Below, in pieces: positions 1-8,733 of a stretch of 51,394 nucleotides of DNA (positions are counted from its first letter, which is position 1; each line of letters starts with the position of its first letter). The notes beneath the pieces are model-generated. The model had not been told where the DNA came from. It ran no database searches and saw nothing but the letters and a program-made list of their open reading frames with translations. Source of the DNA: Phycisphaerales bacterium (GTDB lineage Bacteria > Planctomycetota > Phycisphaerae > Tepidisphaerales > Tepidisphaeraceae); assembly GCA_034666045.1 (NCBI GenBank), contig JAXDMN010000432.1:1-51394 (forward strand), read 5' to 3'. The translations under genes and the position numbers were made by a program.

Positions 1-1
1 G

Positions 2-175
2 CGCGGCGGCGACCGCATCGATTGGATCCTCTGCAACACCGGCTTCACGCCGCTGGCCGCGCACATCAACCGCACGCGGTCGTTCATGGGCTATCCGTCC
101 GATCATTTTCCGGTGCAGGTGACGCTCCGCCCGGCGCAGCGGAACACGAAGCCGCTGATGGCGCGGATCGAGTGA
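2..175 (+). CDS. 3' end of an endonuclease/exonuclease/phosphatase (EEP) family protein, 5'-truncated by the window edge
   Basis: Frame 2 reads ...GGDRIDWILCNTGFTPLAAHINRTRSFMGYPSDHFPVQVTLRP...MARIE*. DRIDxIL and SDHxPV are the conserved C-terminal EEP motifs. Stop TGA at 173-175. It is absent from the ORF track because it has no start in the window. Confidence 0.6.
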   Translation, partial: RGGDRIDWILCNTGFTPLAAHINRTRSFMGYPSDHFPVQVTLRPAQRNTKPLMARIE

Positions 176-191
176 GAGCGTCTCACGGGAC

Positions 192-1664
192 TCAATCGCC
201 GCGGACGGTAATTGTGCCGACCGCGCCGTCTTTCAACGGCAGGGCAATCGGTTGTCCTGTCGCCGGATCCACCAGGGCGATGTGCAGCGGATATGCGCCG
301 GCGGCGATGGCGGGAAGCTTCACGTCTTTCGCGACTGCGTAGTTCCGCCCCTTGATCCAACGCGACGTTTCGATCGGCCCCGCGTCGATCTGCTGATCGC
401 CGACGATTAGCTTCAGGTGATAATCGCGCAGCGCGCGGCCGACACCGCGGTTCTCCCACGTCATCTCGATCTTGAATCCCCCGCCGGGCGTGACGTGCTC
501 CGGATAGCTCACCTTTGTCGGCACGAGTCGATATCCCATCTCGCGCAGGCCGCGCTGGAAAAGTTCCGGTTGTTCCTTCATGAACGCCTGCGCGTCGCCG
601 CCCTGCCAGCCGAGCAGGTTGATGTAGTTGGGATGCTGGCTGAAGGCATCGTCGATTTTTTTCTCGAGCCATTTCTGGCCGCCGCGCTTGGAGTCGGCGT
701 AGCCGTCGACGAACTCGCACATGAACGGGCCGCGCGTGAGCTTGGCGAATTCTTCTTCGCAGAGGCGTCGCTGATTCGAGTAGACCGCGCCGCCGACGCC
801 GTCGCGACGCCAGGTGATGTTGGGTTTGGTCATTGCGTGATCAAACGCGGAGTAGGCGAGGAATTTGTCATAGTTCTGTGCGAACGCCGCGTCATATTGA
901 AGATTGGGCCCGTCAAAAAATTCCTTAGGCCCGTCGGGATCGTGCGAGTAGCTGAGGGAGAGCTGATGATTCGGCAATGCGGCGGACCAGTGATCGATGA
1001 TCTTCGTCAACGCCGCTCGGCGCGATTCGACTTCGGAATAGCGGAAGCCGCTGTGCCACTCGCCCCACAGACCGAAGCCGCGCAGGTCGATCAGCGTCAC
1101 GGGCCGCGCGTCTGAGTAATTCTTCGCGACGGCGGCGAGGAATTTGTCGAGGGCGGCGAGATAAATTTCGTCGCGGCCGTCGACGACGTCATATTCGATC
1201 CCAAATTCCTTTCGCCGCTGCTTGTGCGACGGCGGAATTTTCTCCAGCACGTGCCGGGGCACGCCTACGCCGCGCGACGGCTGGGCGTTTTCCCACCACA
1301 TGAGTGATTCCGTGCTCATCCGCAACTGAATCTGCTTCCCGCGCTGCTTCCAATAGTCATACGCGTGGTTGACGTCGCCGAAGTCGTACTCGCCCGGCCG
1401 CCGCTCGACGTCCGCCCAGGTGAACATGATCGCGACGTGATCGACGCCGTCGAAATTTTCCGCCGGCATCGTGAGGAGCGTGGATGATCCGCTCGGATTT
1501 GGGTCGACGGGAAAATTTTCGTAGAGGACCCAACCCATGTCCGGGTTGTGCAGGACGATCTTGTCATCGACTGCGGGCGCGACCGTGATCACCTCGGCCG
1601 CCGCGGGCGTGGTGAGCAGGAGCAGAATCAAGAGAACGAATCGAGTCGCGCACCAACGGGCCAT
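192..1664 (-). CDS. Secreted glycoside-hydrolase-like TIM-barrel protein (DUF4874/DUF4832-like; family assignment tentative)
   Basis: I place the start at ATG 1664 (MARWCATRFVLLILLLLTTPAAAEV), which gives a signal peptide. The 49 aa upstream in the track ORF are R/S-rich and look non-coding. GLWGEWH and DMGWVLYENF-type motifs recall GH42-like/DUF4874-DUF4832 proteins. Confidence 0.65.
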   Translation of the reverse strand: MARWCATRFVLLILLLLTTPAAAEVITVAPAVDDKIVLHNPDMGWVLYENFPVDPNPSGSSTLLTMPAENFDGVDHVAIMFTWADVERRPGEYDFGDVNHAYDYWKQRGKQIQLRMSTESLMWWENAQPSRGVGVPRHVLEKIPPSHKQRRKEFGIEYDVVDGRDEIYLAALDKFLAAVAKNYSDARPVTLIDLRGFGLWGEWHSGFRYSEVESRRAALTKIIDHWSAALPNHQLSLSYSHDPDGPKEFFDGPNLQYDAAFAQNYDKFLAYSAFDHAMTKPNITWRRDGVGGAVYSNQRRLCEEEFAKLTRGPFMCEFVDGYADSKRGGQKWLEKKIDDAFSQHPNYINLLGWQGGDAQAFMKEQPELFQRGLREMGYRLVPTKVSYPEHVTPGGGFKIEMTWENRGVGRALRDYHLKLIVGDQQIDAGPIETSRWIKGRNYAVAKDVKLPAIAAGAYPLHIALVDPATGQPIALPLKDGAVGTITVRGD

Positions 1665-1716
1665 GCCGGTTGTATCGATCACGGAGGCGCGGCGTTGTGA
1701 GCTCCGCCTGTGGCCG

Positions 1717-2937
1717 TCAGTGATCTCCGCCGATCGGCCCGCGCGGCTGCATCCGCCCGGAGTTGCGGTCGATGCCGCCCGCCGGCGCGGGGGCGTGATC
1801 TGCGGGTTCATGCACCGGCACCGGCCGCGGCCCGCCCGCGCCCGCGCCGCCCGGCGCTTCGCTGACCGCCTTGCTCGACTTGATCCCGCGCAGCGCCATC
1901 GTCAACGCTTCGCGATTCGTCGCGTTTTGAAGCGCTTCGGCCGTCGAGATCAGCTCCTGGCGGTGCAGCGATAAAAGATCCTGATCGAAATTCTGCTGCC
2001 CGTTCCCCGCGCTCTTGATGTAATCGCCGAGTTCCAGCGCCCGGCCCTCGAGAATATATTTCGTCGGCACCGGCCCGCCGCGAAGAATTTCCACCGCCGG
2101 ACGACGCGAGCCGTCGCGGCATTTTACCAGCCGCTGCGAAATGATCGCTTCGAGATTGCCCGCGAGCTGCGTCAATAAGAGCTTGTGCTCCGACGGCGGG
2201 AACATCGCGATGATGCGTTCGATCGTCTGCGGCGCGCTGGCCGAGTGAACGGTGGAAAACACCTGATGCCCCGTATCCGCGGCGCGCAGCGCGATGCGCA
2301 GCGTGTCCATGTCGCGCAGCTCGCCGACGAGCACCACGTCCGGGTCCTGCCGCAGCGATTGCCGCAGCGCCTGTTCAAAACTCGGCGTGTCGGTGCCGAC
2401 TTCCAATTGGGCGATCAACGCCTGCTTCGGCGTGTGCATGTACTCGACCGGGTCTTCGATGGTAATGATCTTCGACGCGTGGTGCGTGTTGATCAGGTCG
2501 ATGATCGCCGCGAGCGTCGTCGATTTGCCGGAGCCGGTCGTCCCGGTCACCAGCGTCAGCCCGCGATGCGAGACGGCGATCTCGGAAACGACCGGCGGCA
2601 GGTGCAGCTCGGCGATCGATGGGATCTTGTCGCGGATGACGCGCATCGCCATGCCCGCCTGATTGAGGTTCTGATACGCCGAGCAACGGAAGCGCGAGAT
2701 GCCGGGCGCCGCGTAGGAAAAATCCAGCCCGGCGATGATGCGGTCATCGACCGAAGCCCGGAAGCGCGGCGGCGCGATCGACGCGATGAACGCACGCACC
2801 TGCTCATCGGTCAGCGCCGGCACATCCGCCGCGCGAATCGTTCCGCCGATGCGAAAGATCGGCTTCAGTCCCGCCTGGATGTGAATGTCCGAGGCATTGT
2901 TCTTCACCGCGAAGCGCAACAGGTTGAGAAAATCCAT
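1717..2937 (-). CDS. pilT: Type IV pilus retraction ATPase PilT (twitching motility), with a Pro/Gly/Ala-rich C-terminal tail
   Basis: Start at ATG 2937 (MDFLNLLRFAVKNNASDIHIQAG...). Walker A GTTGSGKSTT, Walker B/Asp box DPDVVLVGELRD, and His box TGHQVFSTVH are present. The 84 aa upstream in the track ORF are not PilT-like. Confidence 0.9.
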   Translation of the reverse strand: MDFLNLLRFAVKNNASDIHIQAGLKPIFRIGGTIRAADVPALTDEQVRAFIASIAPPRFRASVDDRIIAGLDFSYAAPGISRFRCSAYQNLNQAGMAMRVIRDKIPSIAELHLPPVVSEIAVSHRGLTLVTGTTGSGKSTTLAAIIDLINTHHASKIITIEDPVEYMHTPKQALIAQLEVGTDTPSFEQALRQSLRQDPDVVLVGELRDMDTLRIALRAADTGHQVFSTVHSASAPQTIERIIAMFPPSEHKLLLTQLAGNLEAIISQRLVKCRDGSRRPAVEILRGGPVPTKYILEGRALELGDYIKSAGNGQQNFDQDLLSLHRQELISTAEALQNATNREALTMALRGIKSSKAVSEAPGGAGAGGPRPVPVHEPADHAPAPAGGIDRNSGRMQPRGPIGGDH

Positions 2938-3052
2938 GTTGGATAAACCCCTTCGTGTTAGCGACCGAATTGGAAGTGAAGCCCGCAGCCGCGCGCGAAG
3001 CGGCCGGGAATAAGTATACCGAAGCCCGGCGGCGGATGCGCGGGTATGTGGC

Positions 3053-4651
3053 ATGCCGTTCGGACACGTGATCACAGGCAGCTCATTCACACCGATGTGC
3101 GATATGCTGCACTGCATGCAGCGAATTGGCCGGCGGCTGTCGGGGCAACTGCGCGGGATCAGCCCGTTCGCCGGAGACGTCCGGCCCACGCGCGTGCGGC
3201 TTTTTTCACGGGGCTCGCCCGCACCCGCGCTCTCGCCCGCGCTTAGGCCGACGTTGCCGTTTCCGCATCCGTGGAATTATCGCGAGCCGATTCGCATTCT
3301 CGATACTTATTTCCTGGGGGCCGACGCCGAGCAGGGATCGGGGCGGCACAATCGGTATCTCGACGTGCCGGGGTTCGCGCCGGTTTTTGTGACGCGCGAT
3401 CCGCGGATCATTCGCGCGATCGCGACGGAAAGCGGCGATCGGGCGGGGCAGTTTGAGCGGGACACTCTGCCCTCCGGCGGCATCGCGCGGGCGACCGGGA
3501 CGGACACGCTGCTCTACGCCAACGGGCCGATGTGGAAAAGGCAGAAGAAGCTTTCGACACCCCCATTTGGCAGGACGACGCTTTTTCAGCCGGAGCAGTT
3601 TGAGGAATTCTCCAAAACGTTTCGCCAGACGGCCAGGCAACGTCTCGAGGCGATTCATAGACGATTGGAGCGCGCCGCGGCGGGCTGCGCGCTGCGCGTC
3701 CGGCTCGAGCCGGAAATCAAAGCGGTCATGTTGGAAATGCTCGTGAACAATTTTTTCGGCGCGGAGATTTCATATGAGCAAATCCGCGATCGATACGTTC
3801 CCGCTTTGGATCGGGTGATCGAGCACATCGTCTTCGACACGGTCATCAACAAGCTGGGTATCCCGCTCGCGAGGCTGCCGAACTTCAGCCGGGGCATCGT
3901 CGAAACGAAAAAAGCTTCCGCTGCGTTCGATCAGCTCACTGACCTTTGCATCGCAACGCGAAAAGAGGGCAAAGGTCTTTGGAAGCAGTTCAAGTCCGAC
4001 GCGCCGGATCGGCTGTTGCGCAGCAACATAAAAGTCTTTCTCGCGGGCGCGCTCGAGGCGACGACTTCTTATGCGAGCTGGGCGATCTCGCATCTCGCCA
4101 GAAACGCCGCGGCGCAGGAGAAAGTTTTTCACGAGGTGAAAGAGATCGAGGAGTACACGCCGGAAAACCTCGCGAGCGCGAAATTTCTTGGGCATGTGCT
4201 GGACGAGACGCTTCGGCTGACGCCTTCGCTCTACTTCTTTCCGCGCAAGGCGACGGCCGATACGTGGATCGAAACGACGGACGGCAGCAAGCTGATGATC
4301 CCGAAGGGCACGCACATCCTGCTGGATGTCTGGCACGCGAATCGTCACGAGGATCATTGGGGCGTCGCGGTCACGGGTTATCCGGCGATCGATTTCGTCC
4401 CGGAACGGTGGAAGAACGTGACGGCGGACGATCGCGGGTCCAAAGATCTGCTCCATTTCGGTTTCGGCCACGGGCCGCGATTTTGTCCGGGAAAACATCT
4501 GGGACAATTGGAGGTCGGCCTCGTGGTCGGCGCGTTCGTGAAGCTCTTTCGCTTCAAGGCGGTCAACGCTGAGAATCCGGCGCGGGCGGGCGTTTCGACC
4601 AAGCCGGCGGATGGCGTCCTTGTCGAACTGGAATTGCGCGAGACGCACTGA
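3053..4651 (+). CDS. Cytochrome P450
   Basis: Heme-Cys loop FGFGHGPRFCPGKHLG, ExxR (ETLRL), and I-helix AGALEATTS. The start is uncertain, with in-frame ATGs at 3053, 3095, 3104 and 3116. Confidence 0.9.
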   Translation: MPFGHVITGSSFTPMCDMLHCMQRIGRRLSGQLRGISPFAGDVRPTRVRLFSRGSPAPALSPALRPTLPFPHPWNYREPIRILDTYFLGADAEQGSGRHNRYLDVPGFAPVFVTRDPRIIRAIATESGDRAGQFERDTLPSGGIARATGTDTLLYANGPMWKRQKKLSTPPFGRTTLFQPEQFEEFSKTFRQTARQRLEAIHRRLERAAAGCALRVRLEPEIKAVMLEMLVNNFFGAEISYEQIRDRYVPALDRVIEHIVFDTVINKLGIPLARLPNFSRGIVETKKASAAFDQLTDLCIATRKEGKGLWKQFKSDAPDRLLRSNIKVFLAGALEATTSYASWAISHLARNAAAQEKVFHEVKEIEEYTPENLASAKFLGHVLDETLRLTPSLYFFPRKATADTWIETTDGSKLMIPKGTHILLDVWHANRHEDHWGVAVTGYPAIDFVPERWKNVTADDRGSKDLLHFGFGHGPRFCPGKHLGQLEVGLVVGAFVKLFRFKAVNAENPARAGVSTKPADGVLVELELRETH

Positions 4652-4664
4652 GCGGTTTTTCTGA

Positions 4665-5975
4665 TCACAGTCCGTCGATATCGATCGACCCATCGCACGC
4701 CACGCACTGGCCGTCGAAAAGGACGGTCTTTTCTTTTTGAAGATTCGCGACCGACGTGAGCGGGTCGTGGCGGGTGAGGATGAAGCGGGCGCGGTGGCCC
4801 GGCGCGATGCGGCCGATGGGGTCGGGGAAATCGAGCGCGGCGGCGCTGACGCCGGTGGCGGCGTTGATGGCGGCGATCGCGGGGATGCCGGCCTGCTCCA
4901 TCTGGTGCAGCTCGTGCAGCAGGCCGAGGCCGTGCGGCACGCCGCAGGAGCCGGCGTCGCTGCCGGCGACGATTTTCACACCCATCTCGTGGGCGCGGCG
5001 GAGCATTTTCTGATGCGAATCGATGATGCGTTTCAGGTGCCCAACGACTTCGTCGCTCCAGCCTAAATCGCTGGCTCGGTCGATCTGTAACTGCACTGGC
5101 GCGAGCGTCGGCACCCAGGCGATGCCGCGGTCGCGCATTTTTTTCAATTGTTCTTCGGTGATGAAGAAGCCGTGCTCGACGGTGTTGACGCCGCCTTCGA
5201 TGGAGTGCTCGACGCCGTCCGCGCCGGAGGCGTGGGCGAAGGTCTGCCGGCCGAGTTCTCGGGCGGCGGCGACGAGGGCGCGGACTTCCTTGATCGACAT
5301 CTGCGGCGGCGTGGTGACTTGGCCGACCTTGAAATTGATGATGCCGCTGACGAGCAGCTTGATTCGATCCGCGCCGGCGGCGACGCGGGCGGCGACGCAG
5401 TCGGCGGGCGTCGAGAAATCCTCGAGCGGCTCGCCCATGAACGCGCCGTAGCGGCCGCGATGATGGATGGCGGGGCCGGGGCTGTCGATGTAGGGCGTCG
5501 TCGCAAGCTGGCCGATCGACTGTTTCGCGTCGACGGCGAGGGCAAGGCCGACGCCGTGCTTGTCGCCGGCGTCGCGGACCGCGCCGACACCGTGGAATAA
5601 AATCTTTGGCCAGCGGGCGCGGGCGCGGGCGAGCATCCACTGCGGCGATTCCTTCAGGTATTGTTCGCGCAGCTCGAAGCGGACGGGCGCGCCGTCGAGG
5701 AAGAGGTGGGCGTGCGCTTCGATGAGGCAGGGGAGCAGCGTGAAGTCGGGAAGGATCGCATCGGGGTTGGCATCCTGCGCTGCTGAGTGGACCGACACGA
5801 TGTTCATTGCGTCGAAGATGACGTCGACGTTGCGCTGCGGGTGATCGGAAACGCCGTCGATCAGTTGTCCGATGCGCAGGCGGACGGGGCGCTCGGTGGA
5901 GAGGCGAGCGAGGTCCGCGAGGGAAGGGACCGCCGGCTGAAGCCGGGCGGCTTGGCTGGATTGGCTAGTGGTCAT
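4665..5975 (-). CDS. Metal-dependent amidohydrolase family protein
   Basis: HxH motif (IEAHAHLFLDG), later FAHASG, VEHG and AGSDAGSCGVPHG, which together form the amidohydrolase-superfamily metal-ligand pattern. The start ATG at 5975 overlaps the upstream gene's stop by 11 nt. Confidence 0.8.
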   Translation of the reverse strand: MTTSQSSQAARLQPAVPSLADLARLSTERPVRLRIGQLIDGVSDHPQRNVDVIFDAMNIVSVHSAAQDANPDAILPDFTLLPCLIEAHAHLFLDGAPVRFELREQYLKESPQWMLARARARWPKILFHGVGAVRDAGDKHGVGLALAVDAKQSIGQLATTPYIDSPGPAIHHRGRYGAFMGEPLEDFSTPADCVAARVAAGADRIKLLVSGIINFKVGQVTTPPQMSIKEVRALVAAARELGRQTFAHASGADGVEHSIEGGVNTVEHGFFITEEQLKKMRDRGIAWVPTLAPVQLQIDRASDLGWSDEVVGHLKRIIDSHQKMLRRAHEMGVKIVAGSDAGSCGVPHGLGLLHELHQMEQAGIPAIAAINAATGVSAAALDFPDPIGRIAPGHRARFILTRHDPLTSVANLQKEKTVLFDGQCVACDGSIDIDGL

Positions 5976-6948
5976 GGTGGCGGTCGAAAAGTTCGATGAC
6001 TTTCATCGCCTGGCGGAAGCCGGCTTCTTCCTGCGTCTCGCCCTCGGTGGGGCGGCCGGCTTCGAGGGCTTCGGCGATTCCGATGACGAAGCGGTCGTCA
6101 GCGGGAAGCAGGTGGAGATTTTTTTCCGGATTGCCGAGCACGTAATCGAGGCCGGCGCCGACGGCGAGCGTCAGGTAGGCGCTCTCGACGTTTTCGCGAA
6201 TGGCTTTGGGCATGCCGAAGGAGAAATTCGTCAGGCCGACGGAGAGATGCACGCCGGCAAGATCGGGATTGGCGCGGATCCTTTTTATCGCGTCGAGGCC
6301 CATGTTCACGAGGCCGTAGGTATCGGCGCCGACGGGGGCGAGGCCCGGGTCGAGGATGATCTGGTCGTTCGAGCGGCCGGCTTTTTCGCGGAGCATGTGC
6401 ACGAGCTCTTGCGCGGCGGCGTAGACGTCGTCGGCACAGAGGCATTGCGCGCCGCCGCCTTCCACGAATTTTTCTGAAGCCATACCGATGACCATCGTGT
6501 CGTACGAGCGTACGAGCTCGAACATCTCATCGAGATTGTGCCGCGACGCCGCGACCGAGTTCACGATCGGCCGGCCGCTTTTGGAAAAATCGTAGATCGC
6601 GAGGCAGCGGCGGTGAAATTCGGCGCTGGGATTGTCGAACGCGATCGGGCAGCTCGTCGCTTCCTGGATGGCGGGGATGAGGTCAGGCAGCAGGTCGTAC
6701 ATGTCCTGCTGCGTGACGCGCGTCGACTGCGTGCCGTCGATGTTCAGCGTGAGAAAATCCGCCCCGAGGTCGGCCTGGAGCTTGGCGAGCTGCGCGTAGG
6801 CGGCGACGTCACGGTTCTTCCACGCTCGCGCCGCCCGCGCGAACGAGCTGTTGATCAACTCGCCGATCAGCTTGAACGGGCGCTGCGTCGCCTGTGGCGA
6901 CAGGGTCTTTTGCACCGCCTGCACCGTCGTCGGATGAAGCGTGGACAT
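5965..6948 (-). CDS. Stand-alone pterin-binding methyltetrahydrofolate:corrinoid methyltransferase module (MetH Fol-module / AcsE-MeTr-like)
   Basis: FKLIGELINSS...RD...LAKLQADLGADFLTLNID...ILDPGL...SVGLTNFSFG is the Pterin_bind (dihydropteroate-synthase-like) signature. GGAG lies about 10 nt upstream of ATG 6948. Confidence 0.8.
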   Translation of the reverse strand: MSTLHPTTVQAVQKTLSPQATQRPFKLIGELINSSFARAARAWKNRDVAAYAQLAKLQADLGADFLTLNIDGTQSTRVTQQDMYDLLPDLIPAIQEATSCPIAFDNPSAEFHRRCLAIYDFSKSGRPIVNSVAASRHNLDEMFELVRSYDTMVIGMASEKFVEGGGAQCLCADDVYAAAQELVHMLREKAGRSNDQIILDPGLAPVGADTYGLVNMGLDAIKRIRANPDLAGVHLSVGLTNFSFGMPKAIRENVESAYLTLAVGAGLDYVLGNPEKNLHLLPADDRFVIGIAEALEAGRPTEGETQEEAGFRQAMKVIELFDRHHDH

Positions 6949-8539
6949 CGGTTTTTGTCTCCGTGTTGGTTTCGGCTTGCGGACAGCGGGCCGTGTGATC
7001 GCGGCATAAAAGCGCGTTCGCCCAGGACGATGTGCCGCGCAGCGACTCGTCCTGGATCACCGGCGCGTGGTCGAGCATCTCCTGCTCGTGGCCCTCGTAT
7101 TTCATGCGGTCATACGCGCGGCCCCAGATGCATTCGAAGTCGTGGACTTCGCATTTCCCGTCGCGCGTTCCGCCGCACGGGCCGTTGCGCTGGTTTTTCG
7201 CGCACTGCGACTCCGGGCAGAGGAACGCGATGTCCGGCAGCGAACAATCGCCGCAGTCTTTGCAGGAAAACATCGTGGCCTTGCTGGCGTGTTCGAGGAC
7301 GCGCAGGGAGCGAGGCCCCTGAAACGTGTCGCGCGAGTTTTTGTAGATCCACTGGCCGAGGCGATTCAGCGTCGTGCCGGGCGTGAAGACGGCGTCGTGG
7401 ACGAATTTGCTGACGCGGTAGTTGAGGGTGACGTTCTTTGTTGGACGGCGGCGACGCAGGGAAGCTTCGTACGCGGGCTCGAGACGATCGGGATCGGCGA
7501 GACCGGTCTGCTCGTTGCGCGCGTAGTAGTAAAATTCGTTTTCGACCGGGTACTGGATCTCGCGGGCGAACTGTTTCCAGTCGTCGCGCGCGAACGAGCG
7601 CTCGATGTCGAGAATCGATTCGACGTCTTCGATGCGATGCACGCCACCGAGATATCCGCCCGCGAAGCCGAGACCGCGGAAGATCGCGAGCTGCTTCGCG
7701 GCGAGCTCGCGGAAGAATTTCTGTCCCTTGTCGGGGCTGGCCGCGTTCTTCTCGCAGATGGCGAAAAGTGAATCACTGATCACGACGCCGGGAATGGTGC
7801 GCTTGCGGAAGAATCGTGCGACGGCGGCGGTGAGGAGATAGACGTTTCCGATCAGCGGCACGCGCTCCGCGGCGATCTTCGGGCGCGTCTGCATGTAGCA
7901 GAGCATTTCGTGGCTCTTGCGCGCGTCGAAGCCGATCTGCCCGATGATGAACCGCGCGCCGCACTCGATCTTCTTTTCGAGCTTCAGCAGTTGCGGGACG
8001 ACTTCGTTCTCATGCTTCTTGAAATTCGTCGCCACCGCGCCCGCGAAGAAATTCGTCGCGGCGGCCTGCGTCTGCTCAGAGCGGCCCAGCTTCGGACGCG
8101 ACAGGCCGCGGTTCATCTCGTCGAGCATCGTCAGCAGGCCGATCGAATCGATGTCGAAGACCGGCTTGCCGCGGCCGTGGTACCCGGCGGCGGGGTAGTC
8201 GCCGCTGAGGGCGAGAATGTTGTGGAATCCTTCGCTCGCCAGCTCCCACGCCGCGCTCTCAAGGCCGTTGCGGTTGAAATCTTTACAGGAGAGGTGGATG
8301 AGGACTTCTTTGCCCGCGTAAAGGATGGGCTTGCCCAAGGCCATCGGCGAGAGCTGCGGATTCCCGCCCGCGTTGTCGGTGATCGAGACCCAGTCGATGG
8401 CCGCCGCCTGCACCAGTTGCGTTGCAAATGCCCGTGTAAGCTGGGCTTGCCGATCTTCCATGCTCCCGCGGGTAGAGACTAATTCCACGCCGAGCAAGAA
8501 GCCGGTACGATCGGCGAGCTTTTCGCGCAGGGTGTACAT
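6809..8539 (-). CDS. metF: Methylenetetrahydrofolate reductase fused to an MTHFR_C (MetV-like, Cys-rich) domain
   Basis: The N-terminal roughly 300 aa are MTHFR-like (VELVSTRG..., WVSITDNAGGNP, IHLSCKD, ILALSGDYP). The C-terminal part carries CKDCGDCSLPDIAFLCPESQCAKNQRNGPCGGTRDGKCEV. The last roughly 95 aa look low-complexity and overlap the next gene by 140 nt. Confidence 0.85.
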   Translation of the reverse strand: MYTLREKLADRTGFLLGVELVSTRGSMEDRQAQLTRAFATQLVQAAAIDWVSITDNAGGNPQLSPMALGKPILYAGKEVLIHLSCKDFNRNGLESAAWELASEGFHNILALSGDYPAAGYHGRGKPVFDIDSIGLLTMLDEMNRGLSRPKLGRSEQTQAAATNFFAGAVATNFKKHENEVVPQLLKLEKKIECGARFIIGQIGFDARKSHEMLCYMQTRPKIAAERVPLIGNVYLLTAAVARFFRKRTIPGVVISDSLFAICEKNAASPDKGQKFFRELAAKQLAIFRGLGFAGGYLGGVHRIEDVESILDIERSFARDDWKQFAREIQYPVENEFYYYARNEQTGLADPDRLEPAYEASLRRRRPTKNVTLNYRVSKFVHDAVFTPGTTLNRLGQWIYKNSRDTFQGPRSLRVLEHASKATMFSCKDCGDCSLPDIAFLCPESQCAKNQRNGPCGGTRDGKCEVHDFECIWGRAYDRMKYEGHEQEMLDHAPVIQDESLRGTSSWANALLCRDHTARCPQAETNTETKTDVHASSDDGAGGAKDPVATGDAAPVQADRRVDQQLVRAGGASVEEP

Positions 8540-8594
8540 GTCGAGCTTGGGGCGACGTCAATGAAGAGGAAACGGTTTGGCGTTTAGTCTAATC

Positions 8595-8619
8595 ATTGTA
8601 TACAATAATTGTATACAAT
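8595..8619. promoter_or_regulatory. Two tandem perfect 12-bp palindromes, ATTGTATACAAT-A-ATTGTATACAAT; candidate operator in the divergent control region
   Basis: Read directly at 8595-8606 and 8608-8619. It is an AT-rich patch in a GC-rich 194-bp intergenic region between divergent starts at 8539(-) and 8734(+). Confidence 0.45.
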
Positions 8620-8733
8620 AAATCCTTGAAAGCGGCCGCTCAGGTCAGTATCAACAGTTGTAACTTCTTCAGCCAAGCCAAGTAACTCGCTGTTTGACAG
8701 GGTTGTAAATAACACCGGAAAGGGAACGAACGC

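Noticed and set aside
1665-1811. N-terminal extensions proposed by the ORF track for several genes: 192-1811, 1717-3189, 12402-13865, 13769-14776, 17016-19712, 25191-28706, 29565-30350
   Set aside because: The extensions overlap upstream genes or divergent promoters and are R/S/P-rich. They precede internal starts that give canonical N-termini: signal peptides, the PilT MDFLNLL start, or ATGA-coupled starts. I trimmed them to the internal starts.
8620-8733. Possible cobalamin or SAM riboswitch in the leader of the corrinoid methyltransferase operon
   Set aside because: I looked for a B12-box-like GCCACTG core and for SAM-I-type helices and saw neither. The leader is only about 115 nt beyond the palindromes. 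I cannot exclude a divergent riboswitch without a covariance-model scan.
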